From contig NC_052146.1 in assembly GCF_902713615.1 (NCBI RefSeq), positions 25,774,135 through 25,838,134 on the forward strand: a stretch of DNA of 64,000 nt, given 5' to 3'. Below, piece by piece: positions 1-10,949 of this stretch (the stretch's first letter is position 1; each line of letters opens with the position of its first letter). The notes beneath the pieces are model-generated. The model had not been told where the DNA came from. It saw only the letters and a program-made list of their open reading frames with translations, and searched no databases. The translations under genes were made by a program, and so were the position numbers. The stretch is from Scyliorhinus canicula (lineage: Eukaryota).

Positions 1-3000
1 GGAGCAGCGGCCAGCGGGAGTAGCGGGAGCAGCGGCCAGCGGGAGCAGCGGCCAGCGGGAGCAGCGTCCAGCTGGTGCAGCGTCCAGCGGGAGCAGCGGG
101 AGAAGCGGCCAGCGGGAGCAGCAGGAGCAGCGGCCAGCGGGAGCAGCGGGAGAAGCAGCCAGCGGGAGCAGCAGGAGCAGCGGCCAGCGGGAGCAGCGGC
201 CAGCGGGAGCAGCGGCCAGCGGGAGCAGCAGCCAGCGGGAGCAGCGGGAGCAGCGGCCAGCGGGAGCAGCAGCCAGCGGGAGCAGCGGGAGCAGCGGCCA
301 GCAGAAGCAGCGGCCAGCGGGAGCAGCGGGAGTAGTGGCCAGCAGGAGCAGCGGCCAGCGGGAGCAGCGGGAGTAGTGGCCAGCGGGAGCAGCAGCCAGC
401 GGGAGCAGCGGGAGCAGCGGCCAGCGGGAGCAGCGGCCAGCAGGAGCAGCGGCCAGCGGGAGCAGCGGGAGTAGTGGCCAGCGGGAGCAGCAGCCAGCGG
501 GAGCAGCGGGAGCAGCGGCCAGCAGGAGCAGCGGCCAGCGGGAGCAGCGGGAGTAGTGGCCAGCAGGAGCAGCGGCCAGCGGGAGCAGCGGGAGTAGTGG
601 CCAGCGGGAGCAGCAGCCAGCGGGAGCAGCGGGAGCAGCGGCCAGCGGGAGCAGCGGCCAGCAGGAGCAGCGGCCAGCGGGAGCAGCGGGAGTAGTGGCC
701 AGCGGGAGCAGCAGCCAGCGGGAGCAGCGGCCAGCGGGAGCAGCAGCCAGCGGGAGCAGTGGGAGCATCGGCCAGCGGGAGCAGCGTCCAGCGGGAGCAG
801 CGGCCAGCGGGAGCAGCGGGAGCAGCGGCCAGCGGGAGCAGCGGGAGCAATGGGAGCAGCGGCCAGCGGGAGCAGCGGGAGCAATGGGAGCAGCGGCCAG
901 TGGGAGCAGCAGGAGCAGCGGGAGCAGCGGCCAGCGGGAGCAGCAGCCAGCGGGAGCAGCGGCCAGCAGGAGCAGCGGCCAGCGGGAGCAGCGGCCAGCG
1001 GGAGCAGCGGCCAGCGGGAGCAGCGCCCAGCAGGAGCAGCAGCCAGCGGGAGCAGCGGCCAGCGGGAGCAGCGGCCAGCGGGAGCAGCGGCCAGCGGGAG
1101 CAGCGGCCAGCAGGAGCAGCAGCCAGCGGGAGCAGCGGCCAGCGGGAGCAGCGGCCAGCGGGAGCAGCGGCCAGCGGGAGCAGCGGCCAGCGGGAGCAGC
1201 GGCCAGCGGGAGCAGCAGCCAGCGGGAGCAGCAGCCAGCGGGAGTAGCGGGAGCAGCAGCCAGCGGGAGCAGCGGGAGCATCGGCCAGCGGGAGCAGCGG
1301 CCAGCGGGAGCAGCGGCCAGCGGGAGCAGCGGCCAGCGGGAGCAGCGGCCAGCGGGAGCAGCGGGAGCAGCGGCCAGCAGGAGCAGCGGCCAGCGGGAGC
1401 AGCGGGAGCAGCGGGAGCAGCGGCCAGCGGGAGCAGCGGGAGCAGCGGCCAGCGGGAGCAGCGGCCAGCGGGAGCAGCGGCCAGCGGGAGCAGCGGGAGC
1501 AGCGGCCAGCGGGAGCAGCGGCCAGCGGGAGCAGCGGGAGCAATGGGAGCAGCGGCCAGCGGGAGCAGCGGCCAGCGGGAGCAGCGGGAGTAGCGGGAGC
1601 AGCGGGAGCAGCAGGAGCAGCGTCCAGCGGGAGCAGCTGCCAGCGGGAGCAGCGGCCAGCGGGAGCAGCGGCCAGCGGGAGCAGCGGCCAGCGGGAGCAG
1701 CGGCCAGCGGGAGCAGCGGCCCCTGGGAGCAGTGGCCAGCAGGAGCAGCGGGAGCAGCGGCCAGCGGGAGCAGCGGCCAGCGGGAGCAGCGGCCAGCGGG
1801 AGCAGCGGCCAGCGGGAGCAGCGGCCAGCGGGAGCAGCAGCCAGCGGGAGTAGCGGGAGCAGCGGCCAGCGGGAGCAGCGGCCAGCGGGAGCAGCGGCCA
1901 GCGGGAGCAGCAGCCAGCGGGAGCAGCGGGAGCAGCGGCCAGCAGGAGCAGCGGCCAGCGGGAGCAGCGGGAGTAGTGGCCAGCGGGAGCAGCAGCCAGC
2001 GGGAGCAGCGGGAGCAGCGGCCAGCGGGAGCAGCGGCCAGCGGGAGCAGCAGCCAGCGGGAGCAGCGGGAGCAGCGGCCAGCGGGAGCAGCGGCCAGCGG
2101 GAGCAGCGGGAGCAGCGGCCAGCGGGAGCAGCGGCCAGCGGGAGCAGCGGGAGTAGCGGGAGCAGCGGGAGCAGCAGGAGCAGCGGCCAGCGGGAGCAGC
2201 TGCCAGCGGGAGCAGCGGCCAGCGGGAGCAGCGGCCAGCGGGAGCAGCGGCCAGCGGGAGCAGCGGCCAGCGGGAGCAGCGGCCCCTGGGAGCAGTGGCC
2301 AGCGGGAGCAGCGGGAGCAGCGGCCAGCGGGAGCAGCGGCCAGCGGGAGCAGCGGCCAGCGGGAGCAGCGGCCAGCGGGAGCAGCGGCCAGCGGGAGCAG
2401 CAGCCAGCGGGAGCAGCGGGAGCAGCGGCCAGCGGGAGCAGCGGCCAGCGGTAGCAGCGGCCAGCAGGAATAGCGGGAGCAGCGGCCAGCGGGAGCAGCG
2501 GCCAGCGGGAGCAGCAGGAGCAGCGGCCAGCGGGAGCAGCGGGAACAGCGGCCAGCGGGAGCAGCGGGAGCAGCGGCCTGTGGGAGCAGCGGCCAGCGGG
2601 AGCAGCGGCCAGCGGGAGCAGCGGTCAGCGGGAGCAGCAGGAGCAGCGGCCAGCGGGAGCAGCGTCCAGCAGGAGCAGCGGCCAGCGGGAGCAGCAGGAG
2701 CAGCGGGAGCAGCGGCCTGTGGGAGCAGCGGCCAGCGGGAGCAGCGGGAGCAGCGGCCAGCGGGAGCAGCGTCCAGCGGGAGCAGCGGCCAGCAGGAGCA
2801 GCAGCCAGCAGGAGCAGCGTCCAGCGGGAGCAGCAGCCAGCAGGAGCAGCGGCCAGCGGGAGCAGCAGGAGCAGCGGCCAGCGGGAGCAGCGGGAGCAGC
2901 GGCCAGCGGGAGCAGCGGGAGCAGCGGCCAGCGGGAGCAGCGGGAGCAGCGGCCTGTGGGAGCAGCGGCCAGCGGGAGCAGCGGCCAGCGGGAGCAGCAG

Positions 3001-3040
3001 CCAATGGGAGAAGCGGCCCCTGGGAGCAGTGGCCAGCCAG
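1..3040. repeat. GC-rich tandem satellite of GGGAGCAGC (9 bp) and GGCCAGC (7 bp) modules
   Basis: Continuous array of the two modules with almost no T on the + strand. Truncated by the window start. Confidence 0.95.
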
Positions 3041-3494
3041 GCAGACTGAGAGTGAGAATGCTGGGCAGTATCCGGACTGGGGCGGTGAGGATGATAGAGA
3101 GCAGAGGCCAGGTCAGATAGCCAGCAGCCAGAGGGCCAGCCAGGACCACAGGAGGTGGTCGAGGCTCGAGGCCTATTCACCTGTCATTGGGGCGGGGCGC
3201 CACAACACATGGGGCTCCCTAAGTAAAGAGCACAGGGGCCCCAAAAAGTTTAAGTTGGCCTCATACGTTCTGCTGTACCCCTCTACCCTGACTCCCTCCT
3301 CAATCAAAACTTTGTCTCAATGTGATTGTCAAGGAAGGATTTGTTTTAATGTTGGAGTTTAGCTGCAAAAATTGACTTTTCTTTTAACTAGGCAGCGATG
3401 GATCAGGGATCGTCTGGGGCATCTCGCGTTGTACCACTAGACAGAAAGCATCCCGTTAAACTGATTAACACTCAACCTGGTCAAGGACCATTAT

Positions 3495-3804
3495 GGGCAG
3501 CACGGTAGCACAAGTCGTTAGCACTGTGGCTTCACAGTGCCAGGGTCCCAGGTTTCATTCCCCACTGGGTCACTGTCTGTGCAGAGTCTGCACGTTCTCC
3601 CCGTGTCTGCGTGGGTTTCCTCCGGGTGCTCCGGTTTAACCCCCAGTCCAGGTTAGGTGGATTGGCCATGATAATTGCCCTTAGTGTTGAAAAAGGTTAG
3701 GAGGGGTTATTGGGTTACGGGGATAGGGTGGAAGTGGGGACTTAAGTGGGTCGGTGCAGACTCGATGGGCCGAATGGCCTCCTTCTCCATTGTATGTTCT
3801 ATGT
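3495..3804 (+). mobile_element. HE1/V-SINE-like tRNA-derived SINE with CR1-type tail
   Basis: GGGCAGCACGGTAGCAC head, core TGCACGTTCTCCCCGTGTCTGCGTGGGTTTCCTCCGGGTGCTCCGGTTT, TGTTCTATG tail. Possible TSD CATTAT/CAGTAT. Confidence 0.85.
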
Positions 3805-4235
3805 CAGTATCTGGAGGTACATCCCTCACAACCCCACTGGCTGGGCTGCGAACTGCTGATCTAGAACATGTTGGACTTAATCTGACAGAAATGCATCTAA
3901 TGGCACATCTGTTACTGAAGCGCAACCTGAATAAATTAGTCTCAGGTTCGGCTGAGCAACTTCCTGGTGTCTGTCCCCCACCTTCCTGTAAAGATGAGAC
4001 GAGCCAAATGTGCTTCTGCTGCCTGTGTAACAATATTGACATTGCGCGGTGTGGGGCGCCGTCTGCTGGTCACAGCACAAACTGCAGCAGCAGATTGGGA
4101 AATGCCAGCAGGAGGAACGGAATGGAAACTGATCGAGGCGGACGTAATGACGGGGAATCGAAACTTAGCAGATCTGCGCTTTCTGAAAGCTGCTATACCG
4201 TATTAGGGCAGCGGGAGAGGGGAGTCACTGTGACT

Positions 4236-4735
4236 NNNNNNNNNNNNNNNNNNNNNNNNNNNNNNNNNNNNNNNNNNNNNNNNNNNNNNNNNNNNNNNNN
4301 NNNNNNNNNNNNNNNNNNNNNNNNNNNNNNNNNNNNNNNNNNNNNNNNNNNNNNNNNNNNNNNNNNNNNNNNNNNNNNNNNNNNNNNNNNNNNNNNNNNN
4401 NNNNNNNNNNNNNNNNNNNNNNNNNNNNNNNNNNNNNNNNNNNNNNNNNNNNNNNNNNNNNNNNNNNNNNNNNNNNNNNNNNNNNNNNNNNNNNNNNNNN
4501 NNNNNNNNNNNNNNNNNNNNNNNNNNNNNNNNNNNNNNNNNNNNNNNNNNNNNNNNNNNNNNNNNNNNNNNNNNNNNNNNNNNNNNNNNNNNNNNNNNNN
4601 NNNNNNNNNNNNNNNNNNNNNNNNNNNNNNNNNNNNNNNNNNNNNNNNNNNNNNNNNNNNNNNNNNNNNNNNNNNNNNNNNNNNNNNNNNNNNNNNNNNN
4701 NNNNNNNNNNNNNNNNNNNNNNNNNNNNNNNNNNN
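4236..4735. other. Assembly gap (500 N)
   Basis: Run of N. Confidence 1.
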
Positions 4736-4930
4736 TTGGGGGATGTTTGTGACCATGTTTGAGGGGCTATTTGTCGCAGGGTGGGGGGGGTGCAGCGGAT
4801 GGGGGGAGAGTGAAAAAGGGAAAATATTTGTACAGACTGTGTAGTTGATTGCTGGGAAGTCTGTTTCCTCGGGTGTTTATTTCCTGTAACCTGTTTCGAT
4901 ATATGTTTGTAATAAACTACATTTTTTGAT
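4736..4930 (+). mobile_element. 3' end of an L1-like LINE (same insertion as 40997-42170)
   Basis: End of ORF2 (WGMFVTMFEGLFVAG), G-rich 3' UTR, AATAAA. Matches 41974-42170. Confidence 0.75.
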
Positions 4931-5059
4931 ATGTTTCTAAAAATAATTGTTCAATGGGTAGTAATGATTACTGGAAATACTTTCTATGATTAGTCGCAAT
5001 CCTCAATAAACTAACTTATGTAGAACTATTCTAGTGTTATCCTAGCTATCCAACTTTAA

Positions 5060-7996
5060 GGGGTCTCATCTCAGGACATCTCCCTTCAGTAGTGAGCGGG
5101 AAATGCCATGACCTTCCGGACCCTCGGCCTTCGAGAAGTGTGCCCTGGAGGTGACTGGGGTGGCTGAAGACAGAGCAGTCACCAACGCAGAGGCTGGCAG
5201 AGGTCGCAGAGATGAGGAATCACCCGCCTCGGCCAAAGGACCTGTCAAACATGAGTTGTTATTGCCTCACTGACTGACCCACCCCTCCGACTGGCCACAT
5301 TCTCCCACAGGTCCTCCAGCCGCCGGCACTGGCCCATTCCGGGTGGCCCCCTCCAGCCTCCCATGGGAACATCTCGGAGGAGAGCTCCGTGGATGCCACC
5401 ATAATAGTCACGGCACAGCTGTCATCCCCACCCTCCACCAGCAGAGATACACACACCTCGGTGGGAAATGTTAGTGGTCAGGCGACTGGGGCATAATCTG
5501 GTGAGCACCGCACTGCTGATGGTGCACATCAGGTAGAGGCAGAGACTCCCAGGTGAGACAATAGTTGGAGGTCTGCTCGATCCCAGGACCCAGTTGGGTC
5601 CCAGCCTAATGCTGAGCCTGTGGAAGAAGTAAACCCGGAGCTGATGGAGACATTAGGGAGTTGCCGGGACATTCAGAGGGAGATCTCAGCGACACTCCAG
5701 CAGATCCATAGCCGATTGGAGGAGTCCCAGAGGCTATGGGTGCAGGAAATGTTGCTGGCAATGTGTGGTACCGAGGCCAACACTGCTAGGGTGGCGACTG
5801 CAGTGGAGAGCCCAGTGCATGATGCCAGCATCATTGGTGAAGGTGTCCAAGGTGTCACACAGTCGGTGACAGCCATGGCGGAGGGCCCCGGCAGTATGAC
5901 AGCCTCGCTGGGGGATGTCACCCAGCGCCAGGCCCACCTTTCTGAGATTCTGCGGGACATTTCCCGCTCTCAGGTGGGCACTGCCGAGGTATTGTCCCAG
6001 TCATTGAGGAGCATCGCCGAGGGCATCGACACGATGGTGCGGGCCATGGGGAACCGCCAGGGTGGCAGAGCCAGATGATGCAGGGGCAGCCGGGGCTCGA
6101 ACCAGCTGTCCCTCTGTCCCAAGGTGAACCCCAGGGCCTTATGGGTACTACTCAGGTTGAGGGGACACTGTGTGTCCCATTGAGTGGCGACAATGGTCAC
6201 CAGCTCCCCCGAGTTCCGCCCCTCTGATGACACCGTGTCTCACAGTCAGCACACGGGACAGGGCGGCACGGCTGTGCATGTGCCGCTGACAAGTGAGCTG
6301 GGTCCCTCCGGCCCAAAAGCCCCAGAGGACGCCCGCCAAGGGCATCAAAGGCCACAGGATGACGTAAGCAGCTGGCTGCCTCCGAAGGATGTGGAAGCAT
6401 TGGAAAGGGTGCAGAGGAGATTTACCAGGATGTTGCCTGTTGCTGAAGGACTTAAGGCTGTTTTTGTTAGAGAGAAGGTTAAGAGGTGACTTAATTCAGG
6501 CATACAAGATGATCAGAGGATTAGATAGGGTGGACAGTGAGAGCCTTTTTCCTTGGATGGTGATGTCCAGCACGAGGGGACATAGCTTTAAATTGAGGGG
6601 AGGTAGATATAGGACAGATGTCAGAGGTAGGTTATTTACTCAGAGTAGTAAGGGCGTGGAATGCCCTGCCTACATCAGTAGGGGACTCGCCAACATTAAG
6701 GGCATTTAAATGGTCATTGGATAAACATATGGATGATAAGGGAATAGTGTAGATGGGCTTTAGAGGGGTTTCACAGGTCGGTGCAACATCGAGGGCCGAA
6801 GGGCCTGTACTGTACTGTAATGTTCTATGTTCTAACTCAGATGTGCATCCTGGGGACACACCTCGATGTAGTGGTAGAGTTAGGAAGGCCCAGCACATCA
6901 GGGATCACTGAGGGCACCAGGGGAGGGTGAGGGGTGGGTCGAGGGTAAGGGGGTGGTGGCAACATCGGGAGATTTGGGAAATGGTACACACAATAAACAC
7001 CCTTGTGCACAACCAGTATGATGCCTCTGTCACTTTCATCTGCAATCCGGGCCAACCTCAGAATCCTTGGTGCATCTCTCCAGGCATTCCCCCCCATGGT
7101 GGCATTCACCCACTCTCCTGCCATGGACATGGCCCCGGAGCTGTGTCCCATCCACTGGGTGTTCAGCTGTTGTGTGTGTGGTGTTGTCTCCTGCAGTGTT
7201 CAGGCACAGTGTCCATGCATCAAGGTGTGATTGGGTTGCTAGGCAATGAGTCCCCTGAACTACGTGGCCTACCCACCCACCGGAATCCACCTGGGTTGTG
7301 TGAAGTGCTCACCTAACCAAAATTGCCAATTCCTATTAGCAATAGCCTTCAGCTGCATGGCCCATATCCTCTGCAATCGATGGGGGTTATGGGGGGTCGG
7401 TGGGGCAGATGGGCAGAGACAAGGGTCACCCTCGGAATGGGTACCAGGGGATCCAGGGATTGGCATGGTGGAGCCACGCGCAGATGCCCCATGGTTGCCC
7501 CCCCCAAGGATCTCCCTCACCCTCCCACGGCAGTCCAATCCTGCGCAGGTTCCCCCCCCCCCCCCCCCCCCACACCCCCAACCCAGCTGAGGGTTCCTCA
7601 ACCTCCGCTGAGCACTGGGGTTGCAGGCCCAGCACCCTCGGGCTTTGCCTGTGAGAAAAGGTGGCTACTCACCTCCTCGGCTTCCCACAGGAGCCCTTCA
7701 GGTTTTTCAAAAGGAGCACTAATCGGCACCATGACCACTTGCTGGGGAGGCCGCTGAATGACAGGAGGCCGCTGGATATGGGGTCGCTCCTGTTAATTGT
7801 ATGGATATAGGGCTTAAATGGTGAGAAATGGCTTCTCTCCACATTACGGCGAGATCCCGATTTTGCCGACAGGTGTCGGCCGGTTGCATCGCCAGCAGTT
7901 TGGTGCCGAGCGTGGTTTTCATATTTGGCCTTTACTGCTATTCACAGGCCTCGTTTCCCTTCAGCGAGAGCGTAGCGAGGCCGGAGAATCATGCCC
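5060..7996. mobile_element. Degenerate Harbinger-like DNA transposon remnant
   Basis: Decayed coiled-coil-like frames (FEKCALEVTGVAED..., MEEVNPELMETLG...) and a terminal GGAGAATCATGCCC (7983-7996) resembling a TIR. Family call is from recall and unverified. Confidence 0.5.
6383..6834 (+). mobile_element. 5'-truncated CR1 LINE nested in the Harbinger-like element
   Basis: KDVEALERVQRRFTRMLP...RRLRGDLIQAYKMIRGLDRVD ORF2 C-terminus and TGTTCTATGTTCTA tail. Confidence 0.9.
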
Positions 7997-8179
7997 CTTG
8001 TGTCAACCTGTGCCCTCAACTCGTCTACCGTGTTTGTGATACTTGTAGCGTCACATCCCTGGATTTTGAGGCCAGAGTGTTTAGCGAGATAATTAAACTG
8101 CCTGGTGTGATGCAGTGTCATTTTATCGATTAGATTGTCCACTCCCTGGTGACAGCTTGGATCAGGCAGCTAATCCTTC

Positions 8180-8460
8180 TGAGTCACCGCTCAGCTAATT
8201 CTATTCTTGTTGTTTTTGATTGTGGCACCAGAGAGGAATCTGAAACGGAGCTAACTTGGAATTCAACACCTGTTACCTGTAACAAGATTCACTTTCTGTT
8301 CTGACTGGGAGCTTATTTCCCAGACTCTGGGTCGAGGCTTTGGGAAATGAAAGGTCAGCTCAGGTCTCAGTTGTTTGTTCTAACAGAGCAGGAGGGTGAG
8401 AGCTATCAGAGGGAAGGAGGGCAGTGACGTTCAGAAACTGTCTATGATAAGAAAAGGAGT
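8180..8460 (+). promoter_or_regulatory. Putative ISG15-A1 promoter
   Basis: AP-1 TGAGTCA 8180-8186, inverted IRF-like TTCACTTTC near 8288, GGAAATGAAA 8343-8352, TGACGTTCAGAAAC and an A-rich box. The proximal part aligns with the B promoter. Confidence 0.6.
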
Positions 8461-8685
8461 GAGGAGGGAGGTAGATATTCACTCACTTATTGAACAGAGG
8501 AAACACAGAAGATTCTGTGAGACACAGAGCAGTGGAAGCAGGCGGAGTTTTATTCACTGACTCCAGATCGGAGAGTTGGTGTCGAGCAAAACAGAGAAAA
8601 CAAACTGTACAGGAAGTGAACCTGTCATCAATCTGCAGATCAAAATTCTTCTGATTCACCTGAACTTGTGCATCCAGCAAGGATT

Positions 8686-9592
8686 GTGAGATATACTTCC
8701 CTTTTGTTTAAGAATCTCAATATTCTAATTCTAGTTTTTATATTGGGGTTTGAATCTCAATGAAATTCACAATTTAAAATAAGCTCTTAATATTCCCTGA
8801 AGTGGGACAGTGTTATAACCCACACAGGCCATACAGGGTTGGGATGATTAACTTCACCGTGGAGATTGCAGAATACGAGCTCCCCCGGCAGGGGGCAGGG
8901 GGACCTTTAACAACACTTGGCTTAGTCGAAATAGAAATGGTCAGTGAGGCAGCAACTGGAGAAGATCCAGTAGGGATCTACTGGAGCTGGATAACATAGT
9001 CATTGTAAAATAAAGTAAGTTTTTGTTTAGACCAACTCAGTGTGGACGTTTCGTTGCCCTTACAAAATACATTATAATTTTTTTAATTCTACGGCCATTT
9101 TCCTCCACTTACACACATTCCCTTACACTCTATTGATCAAGAGAAAACCCACAGAATTCCTGAGCCCATGTTCCCATCTCCTGATAAACCAAATTCCAAG
9201 ACTGAATCACATTACACAGCTCACTGAGAGCTACTACAGGCCGATGCCACTCTGCAGCTCAGCAGACAGATACTCCAGTTTCTGAATAGTTTAACAATGA
9301 TCAGGATACAGCAGCAAAGACACATCCAAATGCAAAAGGTGAACAGATAGGGAATCTGCTACTTTTTTCCAGGCTGGAAAGAAGCAGTTTGTGAAGATTG
9401 GTTTCTTTGGGATTCAGATATTGAGGAAGAAGCCAGATTTTGGGTTTATTGTAGCTGACATTTGAGTCTCAGTGTTTACAGCCAGTGACTGACACAATGT
9501 GTAGTGTGTATTAAATTCTCTCATTCATTCTTCGCAATTGACCTGCGAGATAAAGTGTCCCCATTAGTGACATCCTGTTCATTTCTCAACAG
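8686..9592 (+). other. Putative 5'-UTR intron of ISG15-A1
   Basis: Donor TT|GTGAGA lies near the position homologous to the B donor. Acceptor TTCATTTCTCAACAG ends at 9592, 12 nt before the ATG. The donor position is uncertain. Confidence 0.6.
8811..9064 (+). mobile_element. Possible solo LTR in the A intron
   Basis: TGTTA...TTACA ends and internal AATAAA. No convincing TSD. Second copy near 46655-46908. Confidence 0.35.
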
Positions 9593-9604
9593 CAATTTGA
9601 CAAG

Positions 9605-10072
9605 ATGAGACTCCAGGTGAAGTTTATGACCGGTGAGGATATTGAACTTGAGATCGACCCTTCCATCCAAGTCTCAGCTCTCAAGAAGATGATATATAAA
9701 AAAGCCAACGTTCCCCATTTCTGTCAGCGCCTGGTGGTACAAAATGGAAGCACAGAGGAGCTGAGGGATGACAAGAGGCTGTGTGACTACAATGTCTCTC
9801 CCAGCAATGTTGTCATGCTGATTGTCAAGAAGGAGGAGCGCATGCAGATATTCCTGAAGAACGAAAAGGGGAAATCAACTACATATGATGTTCTTCCCTC
9901 TGAGTCTGTTCAGGATTTTAGAGCACGCGTACAGCGGCAGGAGGGTGTCCCAGCCAATCAGCAGCGCCTGGTGTATGACAACAAACAGCTGGAGGATGGT
10001 CACTCACTCACTGACTACAATATTCAGTCTGAGAGCAACATCTCCCTTGCGTTGCGTCTACGAGGTGGTTAA
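9605..10072 (+). CDS. isg15: ISG15-like di-ubiquitin protein, type A copy 1 (155 aa)
   Basis: Two tandem Ubl domains. The second ([15 protein letters not shown]...QQRLVY...LEDG) resembles fish ISG15. Ends in a free LRLRGG. Intact ORF after a splice acceptor. Confidence 0.93.
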   Translation: MRLQVKFMTGEDIELEIDPSIQVSALKKMIYKKANVPHFCQRLVVQNGSTEELRDDKRLCDYNVSPSNVVMLIVKKEERMQIFLKNEKGKSTTYDVLPSESVQDFRARVQRQEGVPANQQRLVYDNKQLEDGHSLTDYNIQSESNISLALRLRGG

Positions 10073-10893
10073 CATGAATTTTCAGCAATTAAGATCTCTG
10101 GATGTTACCAAAATAATTAATTTATCGTCTATCATTGATCATTTGTTTTTCATACGTTTCTGTTTTCTATTGTGTTGTTTGTTAGAGACACAAGATTGCC
10201 CAGTCACTGACCTTTTAATGATACCTTTGGTTCTTATTCCCAATTGCTCTGGTTCATTTTGTAAGTCCTGGATGTTTGTTCAACAGATAATGACTGGCGA
10301 GGGATTGATGCCAACTGAGGCCTGGATGCAGGTCACCTTCCTACATTCTCAGCCAGGAATAGATGCTGGTACAAGACATTGAACACAATTTTTACAAAGA
10401 ACAGCGACTTAATGAACAAGATAGGAGGAACGAGGGAACCAGTGATACATCGTGTCAGATTCTGATCAATGATTTATATTACAGCAGTTCAAATCAATAC
10501 TGCCTGATCACTGTTCTAAAGTTACTCTTAAAGATTCTTCAGAAGAGTTAAGATAATAATGGTCCAGTCCCTAATTCATTGACAGATCCAGACTGGCCTC
10601 CCATTCAGTGCTAATTCACCTTCTCACTCACAGCTGTTATGTCAATTCCAAAAATGTTTCACTTGCCAAACATTCCCCAGAAAAGATCAGAATAAGATCC
10701 ACAACCGTTTGCTTCCTGTTTCATTTACAAGTAGTTACTTTAGCCTGAATGTTTTCTTGGACAAATGGTTGGGTTCTGAATTGGGGTGTTTTAATCTGGG
10801 TGCTTCATGTTTTCCAATAGCTGAGGATATCAGGATTGCATTTTGTTCCTGCCAGATTGTTCAATGTGATTTGAAAGTAAAGCTGTTTATTTT

Positions 10894-10899
10894 AATAAA
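10894..10899 (+). terminator. Putative polyadenylation signal of ISG15-A1
   Basis: AATAAA followed about 30 nt later by GT-rich GTGTCTGTTGTTTTGTCTG. Retained in A2. Confidence 0.6.
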
Positions 10900-10949
10900 A
10901 ATGAAATGTGTGCTTACATCTCTCTGAAGTGTCTGTTGTTTTGTCTGCA

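Noticed and set aside
75-3362. Long Ala/Gly/Ser/Gln ORFs (up to 592 aa)
   Set aside because: They are open in several frames only because the satellite lacks T. The 7- and 16-bp modules shift frame constantly, so this is not a coding repeat.
3495-3570. tRNA genes at SINE heads
   Set aside because: The A/B boxes run into SINE cores and tails. No complete cloverleaf is evident.
3675-4844. 389-aa ORF
   Set aside because: It starts inside a SINE and reads through the N gap. Only 3810-4235 is kept, as part of a separate finding.
5620-6078. 152-aa coiled-coil ORF as a host gene (also 42903-43361)
   Set aside because: It lies within a decayed transposon-like element interrupted by CR1 and uses a GTG start. 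Its conservation is explained by the recent duplication.
9605-10072. Polyubiquitin, FAT10/UBD or retrocopy interpretation
   Set aside because: The domains are far from ubiquitin identity and have no internal GG. The LRLRGG end, KNEKG motif and ISREs favour ISG15. The 5'-UTR intron and homologous promoters argue against retrocopies.
9885-10382. 165-aa overlapping alternative-frame ORF in A1
   Set aside because: It is truncated to 78 aa in A2, has no recognisable domain, and is not preserved in B.
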